From positions 1-53,823 of the forward strand of contig JBBQPO010000006.1 in the NCBI GenBank assembly GCA_038217285.1: 53,823 bases of DNA. The letters are read 5' to 3'. The position numbers and the translations under genes were made by a program. This document shows, piece by piece, positions 48,973-53,823 of this stretch. The DNA comes from Chthonomonadales bacterium (GTDB lineage Bacteria; Armatimonadota; Chthonomonadetes; Chthonomonadales; Chthonomonadaceae). The notes beneath the pieces are model-generated. The model ran no database searches. It was not told where the DNA came from and saw only the letters and a list, made by a program, of their open reading frames with translations. Numbering within the stretch: position 1 is the first letter of the stretch; each line of letters opens with the position of its first letter.

Positions 48973-49281
48973 TTTGGCATTTTACTTGCCGCGCCCAGGT
49001 CTCAAACCCGCACCAAACAGCCATTGACTTCACCGGCCTACCTCCAGATCCGGAACCATCGGCCACGCCAATTGCGTGGAAACTTCCCGCACCGTCGTTG
49101 AAAAGATAGCGTAAAAAAATATTTCAGATGAACTATTTTGTATTAATAGACCGTCTCTATAAATGGTTGATAATTCGAGCCTTTTTCTCTCGTCAGCAGA
49201 TTGCAAGCGGATGGATATACAATCCGAATAGCGGTATGCGCCCATGATGTGGACAACGCAAATCACCCGTAGTAAATTCTA

Positions 49282-49764
49282 ATGGAGGATGAATTGGAAA
49301 ACGAGGAAGATTGTGGGTGTGGTGGATCCCCGCCACAAGATGAAAATCAGTTGAAGAGTCGCCGTGAGTTCGTCTCGACGGTGCTGAAAACGGGCGCAGC
49401 CTTTTCCTTAGCAGGAGTGATGTTGGTTGGCACATCCGAAAAGGCTTTCGCTTTCGACTTCGGTCAGTGTATGTTCGACTGTGGACAACAGTATGAGCGC
49501 GACTTAAACGGTTGTCGGCGAATGCGTAATGTACCGGCAAGAGTGGCCTGCTGGGGGGCAGCCGAACTGAGTGCAGCCGGATGCAGGGCCGGCTGCGCCG
49601 CGTCGCAAGCTTCTGCATGGGCAGCGGCGGCCGCAGCATGGATTGCAGCTCACCCAGGAGCGACTATCGGTGCGATAGTCGTCATCGTCGGAATAGTTTG
49701 CATCGTCGTTCTTGTCGGCCCAGCACTGGTTCTTGCCCCAGTAGCGGCAGCGGCAGTTCTATAG
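49282..49764 (+). CDS. Tat-exported Cys-rich protein with hydrophobic C-terminal tail (putative toxin/bacteriocin)
   Basis: SRREFV twin-arginine motif, AFA cleavage site, C-X3-C-X10-C-X11-C-X10-C-X3-C, about 45 aa hydrophobic tail. Confidence 0.65.
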   Translation: MEDELENEEDCGCGGSPPQDENQLKSRREFVSTVLKTGAAFSLAGVMLVGTSEKAFAFDFGQCMFDCGQQYERDLNGCRRMRNVPARVACWGAAELSAAGCRAGCAASQASAWAAAAAAWIAAHPGATIGAIVVIVGIVCIVVLVGPALVLAPVAAAAVL

Positions 49765-49776
49765 AAAGCGAAAAAC

Positions 49777-50133
49777 ATGCCCACCCTTATTCAGACTGTT
49801 ATTGCCACCCGTTCGATGATCTGGACGCGTGGCGATGGTGCCACTTTCCCTGTAGACGTCTATATCGGGGATCTGATTTTCATCGCCTCGACAGATCCAG
49901 ACCTTTCGGACTATTGGCAGGCGAGGACGCAAGTAATTGGTCCTTCAATCGACGATAGCGTAGCTATCTGCAGTGGTGGCGATAGTGTCCAAGCGCTGTT
50001 TCATGCCCTTTTTCGAGCAGGAGACATCCTGAGTTCATCTATCATTGCTTCCCAAATTGACTTTTCAGTCATTCCTAACTTTGGCTTTCCCGTCCTGCCT
50101 GCAAACAACCCACCCCCTCCTAACGTCAGTTGA
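49777..50133 (+). CDS. DUF6968-like small protein (putative immunity partner)
   Basis: IATR...PVDVYIG...GGDSVQALFHAL...GFP pattern recalled for DUF6968; starts 12 nt after the upstream gene. Confidence 0.55.
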   Translation: MPTLIQTVIATRSMIWTRGDGATFPVDVYIGDLIFIASTDPDLSDYWQARTQVIGPSIDDSVAICSGGDSVQALFHALFRAGDILSSSIIASQIDFSVIPNFGFPVLPANNPPPPNVS

Positions 50134-50226
50134 ATCCTACAGCGAAGAAACGTTTCTAACGTGGAATGTCTCATCGCCATATCGAGCCAAAGAGAGCGGC
50201 AGTAGAAATACTCCCGCTCTATCGTA

Positions 50227-50329
50227 GTACGCCGGGCATGTGCCCATTCTCGGAGGTGCAAGTCCTCTGCGGGGGAGGGAACCCCCACCGTTAAGCATAG
50301 GCAAAGGTGTCTTCGTGAGGAGGGGGCTG
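50227..50329 (+). mobile_element. Second group IIC intron remnant (5' part of domain I only)
   Basis: Aligns without gaps to 48662-48764 with 12 mismatches in 103 nt by hand count; preceded by hairpin AGAGCGG...CCGCTCT (50193-50220) and the same CGTA. Confidence 0.82.
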
Positions 50330-50527
50330 CCTGAGCACCTGACGCACTGCGGCGAACGCTTGTACCATGCCGACGCCTCCCGTACATGGCCCACCGGCGG
50401 CACCGGCCCGGGCCTCTCCATCTGCAAGGGCATCGTCGCCGCGCACCACGGTACGCTCGACTTCGACAGCGCCCTCGGCGTCGGTACGACCGTTACGGTC
50501 ACGCTCCCTGGTTGTCATCCCGAGTAG
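50327..50527 (+). pseudogene. Histidine kinase HATPase C-terminal fragment
   Basis: PEHL...ERLYHADASR...GGTGPGLSICKGIVAAHHG.....ALGVGTTVTVTLP; no start codon, no H-box, degenerate F and G2 boxes. Confidence 0.8.
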
Positions 50528-50544
50528 GAAAGCAAGAGCAGAAA

Positions 50545-50580
50545 AGGCAGGCAGGAAGGAAGGAAGGAAGGAGGGAGGGT
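50545..50580 (+). repeat. Purine-rich (GGCA/GGAA/GGGA)n microsatellite
   Basis: AGGCAGGCAGGAAGGAAGGAAGGAAGGAGGGAGGG. Confidence 0.7.
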
Positions 50581-50703
50581 GGTCAGGGGAAACGCATCGG
50601 ACCTTTTCGGGGGTGCTTGTCGGTCTGAAAATGGAAAGGGATTTATTTACGGAAAAGCGAGCAAACGAGGAGGAATAGCGGGATCGTTCGCGAACGTTAG
50701 AGC

Positions 50704-51660
50704 ATGTCTCAACACGAACGCATTATTTGGCTCGACGCGGAGCTGCGCGCGGATCGTTATCCCAACGCGGACACGGTGGCGGCACACTGGGAAGTGACCC
50801 CTCGTGTGGCCTTCGACGACCGAAATTACCTTCTGCATCGCCTCCATGCGCCCCTGAAGACCGACCGAAAGCGGGGCGGCTGGTTCTATACCAGTAAGAC
50901 GTTCGTCCTGCCGTTCCTGGCGCTGACCGAGCGCGACGCCACCACGCTCCGCCGGACGCTGCTCGCCGCGCAGGAGTATCTGGGTGCGACGGATGCCGAT
51001 GCCGTGCATCGCCTCACCGAACTGCTGACCTCCTATCTCCCCACCACCCTGCCCGCCGGTTTTGAGCGGGTACGAGGCTCGATCCATCTCCAGCATCCTA
51101 TCTCCAGCGATCTGCTGGCGGACTGCAACCGCGCCGTTCAGGATCGCCAACGTATCCACATGCTCTACTATGGGGCGACCCGCAACGAATTGACGGATCG
51201 CATCGTGCGACCGTACTCTCTTGTCTTCTGGCAAGGGGAGCCTTACGTGATCACCTTCTGCGAGTGGCGACAGGCGATCCGCACGTTCGCGCTGGGCCGG
51301 ATACGGCAGCATAAAGTGCTGCCGGGAGACCGGGCCTTCGTCCTCCCAGAAAACTTCGATGCGGATGCCTATTTGGCGCGTGGCCTCCACCTGCGCCATG
51401 ACGACGAGTTGGTGCAGGTCCGTGTGCGTTTCTCGTCGGTTCAGGCCCGTTGGATACGCGAACGCCGGTACCACGCCAGCCAGCAGACCGAGGAGCAGGC
51501 GGACGGAAGTTTGCTGCTCTCGATGGAGGTCGCCGGAACCGAGGAGGTGCGCCGCTGGCTGCTCGGCTACGGCGCGGAAGTCGAAGTGCTGGAACCCGCC
51601 TCCCTCCGCGCCGAAATCCAGGCGGAGCTGCAAAAGCTGCATCGACTCTACGCCGACTAG
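50704..51660 (+). CDS. WYL-domain transcriptional regulator (wHTH-WYL-WCX)
   Basis: N-terminal HTH (YPNA..VA..WEVTPRVAFDD), R.VRPY.L...YVI.FCEWRQAIRTFALGRI WYL core, WLLGYGAEVEVLEP..LR WCX motif. Confidence 0.93.
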   Translation: MSQHERIIWLDAELRADRYPNADTVAAHWEVTPRVAFDDRNYLLHRLHAPLKTDRKRGGWFYTSKTFVLPFLALTERDATTLRRTLLAAQEYLGATDADAVHRLTELLTSYLPTTLPAGFERVRGSIHLQHPISSDLLADCNRAVQDRQRIHMLYYGATRNELTDRIVRPYSLVFWQGEPYVITFCEWRQAIRTFALGRIRQHKVLPGDRAFVLPENFDADAYLARGLHLRHDDELVQVRVRFSSVQARWIRERRYHASQQTEEQADGSLLLSMEVAGTEEVRRWLLGYGAEVEVLEPASLRAEIQAELQKLHRLYAD

Positions 51661-51710
51661 CCTTCGCCGCTCTGCCGGAAATAAAAATCAAAAATAGTTT
51701 TGCGCGGAAC

Positions 51711-51748
51711 CCGGAGTGAACGCTCACTGCACTCTGGACGGATACAAT
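51711..51748 (+). promoter_or_regulatory. Inverted repeat plus -10 box upstream of cas6 (candidate WYL-protein site)
   Basis: CCGGAGTGAA-N7-TGCACTCTGG followed 5 nt later by TACAAT; A-rich UP-like tract upstream. Confidence 0.5.
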
Positions 51749-51891
51749 AAAATAAATGTTTCGAAAAGACCGCTGCGTACCTTTCCGGTTCTGCGAATCC
51801 GCCTGTAGTGGCAGGTTACAACAGACGAGCACTGCCAAACAGATCGAATCCCGACGCCGACCCGCGCCGGAGGAGAGAGGGGAGTAAGGGA

Positions 51892-52701
51892 ATGCGACTT
51901 GCTGTACGCTTCGAACTCGAACGTGGAGGACTGCTGCCGATGAACCATCAGCATCTCCTGACGGGGCTGGTCTATCGACTGCTGGGGATGTCGGATGCGG
52001 AATACTCCAGTGTCCTCCATGATAAGGGCTTCGCGCTGGAAGAGACGAGTGCGAAGCGGTTCAAGCTGTTCGTCTTTTCCGGCCTGCGGGTGCCGAAGGG
52101 TCGGCGTCGCGTCGTCGGTGACCATCTTCAGATTGCGCCGGGGCTGGTGGAGTGGTTCTTAAGCTCGCCTCGGGAAGACTTCCTGCTCCACAGCGCGACC
52201 GGCCTGCTGACGGCGGGATCGACGGTACAGGTCGGGCAGTTGCGCCTCACGATCCGGGAGGTCTGTGCGCTTCCACAGCCTGCCTTCACGCCCACCACTA
52301 CCACCGCCTTTACCTGTATGACCCCTCTGGTCGCCGCCCTGCCGCTGCCGAACGGAGGTGCGCGCTATCTGCGTCCCTGCGAAGGCGAGGCGTTCTCCCA
52401 GGCTGTCCGCAACAACCTGCTGCACAAATACCGCCTGCTCCACGACGGCGAACCCCCCGCCGACGACCGCCTGACCCTGACCTTCGACGCCGCCTACCTG
52501 GACCGCGACCCACACGTCGGCACCAAGAAGATCACCTTCAAGAGCATCGACATCATCGGCGCCCTCGCCCCCTTCACCCTCAGCGGTTCAACCGAACTCA
52601 TGCAGACCGCCTGGGAATGCGGCCTCGGCGAAAAGAACAGCTCCGGCTTCGGTATGATCGATCTTAATGCGATCTCGCGCAAAGAGGAAGCCATCGTATG
52701 A
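51892..52701 (+). CDS. cas6: CRISPR-associated endoribonuclease Cas6
   Basis: LPMNHQHLL.GLVY, LHDKG, FKLFVFS, NNLLHKY, C-terminal G-loop CGLGEKNSSGFGMI. Confidence 0.95.
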   Translation: MRLAVRFELERGGLLPMNHQHLLTGLVYRLLGMSDAEYSSVLHDKGFALEETSAKRFKLFVFSGLRVPKGRRRVVGDHLQIAPGLVEWFLSSPREDFLLHSATGLLTAGSTVQVGQLRLTIREVCALPQPAFTPTTTTAFTCMTPLVAALPLPNGGARYLRPCEGEAFSQAVRNNLLHKYRLLHDGEPPADDRLTLTFDAAYLDRDPHVGTKKITFKSIDIIGALAPFTLSGSTELMQTAWECGLGEKNSSGFGMIDLNAISRKEEAIV

Positions 52702-52710
52702 AAACCTCGC

Positions 52711-52739
52711 TTGCAAATAATGGCCGGTCGCGATATAAT
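52711..52739 (+). promoter_or_regulatory. Near-consensus sigma70 promoter right after cas6
   Basis: TTGCAA (52711-16), 17 nt spacer, TATAAT (52734-39). Confidence 0.8.
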
Positions 52740-52745
52740 ACGGAC

Positions 52746-52870
52746 GTAAATGTCCCTGCGGCCCGAATGGTCGCTGAACGTCCTGCTTCGGTTAAATGGC
52801 GTTATGGAAGGCCATTCGGCCCCGATAGCAACGCCCGGCCCAGCGCCTCGCCGAAGATAGGGCCGCAGGT
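52746..52870 (+). ncRNA. Putative structured RNA (multi-stem, possible pseudoknot) between cas6 and cas5
   Basis: Complementary segments: 52755-64/52860-69 (10 bp perfect), 52765-72/52810-17, 52798-803/52830-35, 52836-39/52850-53; begins at the predicted TSS of the promoter. Confidence 0.55.
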
Positions 52871-53002
52871 CTCCCCAAATCCCTCGTCGTTCTCCTGGTG
52901 TGCGCTTTCATTTTATCGGCTCAATAGTGACGCTTTATGTCTCTCGTTCCATGCTGAAGAAAAAGACAGAACGGGCTTTTGCACGAGTCAAGGAGTGCCG
53001 TC

Positions 53003-53587
53003 ATGATCTCAACAAACTCAGTAGAGGAAATGCTCCATGTCGTCTGCTATTCAGGCCCGTTTGGCTATATCAAGCCCTGGACCGCTGTGCGCGACGAAAC
53101 GACATACAGCCAGGCATTTCTGACCCCTTCCATTGTAGAAGGTATGCGCCAGAAACTGGAAGTCACGGGCATTGTGCGGCACCGACTTCAACACGGTGGG
53201 TTAAATATCCAGCAAGAACGCACGCAAAGTGCGGGTTGGAAAATCGACCGTAAGCAAATGACCCGTTCGCTCTCCATTCTTAAGCGAGGGGTCATGGTTC
53301 AGCCCAACCTCTGGTTAGCCTTTCCTACTCCGGCAGACGCTGAAAAAGCGTTCACCCAGCATATCTGTTTATGTCGCAACGAAGACGTCTTGCTTCCTGT
53401 TGAGATGATTGCCATGACGTCCAGTATGTTTGATATGATCGCTGGGATCGAGTTGAAGTTCGATGCCTCTCCTGATGCATTCCTGGTTGGTTTCAACCGT
53501 TTCGAAGAGGCGGCTCCCATGTATGGTCATCTTGTAATCGTGGATGAGGATAGGGAGGGGAAGTTTCCGCATGACACTACTTGCTAA
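53003..53587 (+). CDS. cas5: Divergent Cas5-like RAMP subunit
   Basis: N-terminal beta strand YSGPFGYIKP...TYSQAFLTPSIVEG resembles the Cas5 G.fa.F..P...S...ppS.v.G pattern; late ICLCRNED resembles the Cas5 l.lGR motif; lies directly before cas3; AAGGAG RBS. Confidence 0.6.
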   Translation: MISTNSVEEMLHVVCYSGPFGYIKPWTAVRDETTYSQAFLTPSIVEGMRQKLEVTGIVRHRLQHGGLNIQQERTQSAGWKIDRKQMTRSLSILKRGVMVQPNLWLAFPTPADAEKAFTQHICLCRNEDVLLPVEMIAMTSSMFDMIAGIELKFDASPDAFLVGFNRFEEAAPMYGHLVIVDEDREGKFPHDTTC

Positions 53588-53823
53588 AAGCGATGGAACA
53601 ACGCTGGAAGATCATACCTCGCATGTGGTCAAAGCGGTAGAGTCTATGGCCAGGATTTTAATGCCTGAGATAACTGACATACAATATGGGGTCGCTATTC
53701 GTGCCGCTGTACTTCATGACCTTGGCAAAGCGCACCCCTTTTTTCAAGACAGCCTTAAGCCCGATTTCGACAGAATCAAGTACCAGCATGACGTCCCCCA
53801 CAGGCACGAACTCTCGTCTCTCC
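53571..53823 (+). CDS. cas3: Cas3 HD nuclease domain (partial, runs off window end)
   Basis: Hand translation MTLLAKSDGTTLEDHTSHV...AAVLHDLGKAHPFFQ...PHRHELSSL carries the Cas3 HD motifs; GGGAGG RBS; overlaps the cas5 stop. Confidence 0.9.
   Translation, partial: MTLLAKSDGTTLEDHTSHVVKAVESMARILMPEITDIQYGVAIRAAVLHDLGKAHPFFQDSLKPDFDRIKYQHDVPHRHELSSL

Noticed and set aside
49030-49266. 78-aa minus-strand ORF in the AT-rich spacer, considered as an RT remnant or regulator
   Set aside because: No RT or HTH motifs; more likely the promoter region of the cassette.
48618-50220. Integron attC sites flanking the cassette (IIC-attC intron scenario)
   Set aside because: The hairpins lack RYYYAAC...GTTRRRY ends and no integrase is present; they look like ordinary terminator-type stems.
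52750-52860. 36-codon ORF (MSLRPEW...PRRR) as a CreT-like toxin
   Set aside because: No Shine-Dalgarno, and the rare Arg codons are at the end rather than right after the start as in creT. The sequence is better explained by base pairing.
50530-53823. CRISPR array or repeat-spacer mini-array near the cas genes
   Set aside because: No recurring 28-37 nt direct repeat seen by eye in 51660-51890 or 52700-53000. The array, if any, is outside the window, so degenerate repeats cannot be tested.

Overview
GC-rich bacterial chromosome segment. Gene content (PEP-CTERM protein, DUF1080, FG-GAP and WD40 secreted proteins, fused E1 alpha/beta) suggests Armatimonadota or a similar lineage; this is inference only. 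About 1-18 kb is mostly housekeeping and metabolism: PepV-like peptidase, TlpA thioredoxin, GH4 alpha-galactosidase, AraD1-like FAH protein, RNB nuclease, E1 alpha/beta, prs, glmU, ending at tRNA-Thr(CGT). About 18-48 kb is an accessory-type mix of secreted enzymes, several two-component proteins, TPR/WD40 proteins and small ORFs. The last 5 kb is the most interesting part. (i) An ORF-less, internally deleted group IIC intron and a second 5' intron remnant bracket an AT-rich two-gene cassette encoding a Tat-exported, symmetric six-cysteine, membrane-tailed protein and a DUF6968-like partner (candidate toxin/immunity pair). (ii) A divergent type I CRISPR-Cas locus begins, ordered WYL regulator - cas6 - [own sigma70 promoter driving a ~125-nt multi-stem, possibly pseudoknotted RNA] - atypical cas5 - cas3 (cut off by the window end). 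No CRISPR array lies in the window. All calls come from reading motifs by eye; no database searches were run.
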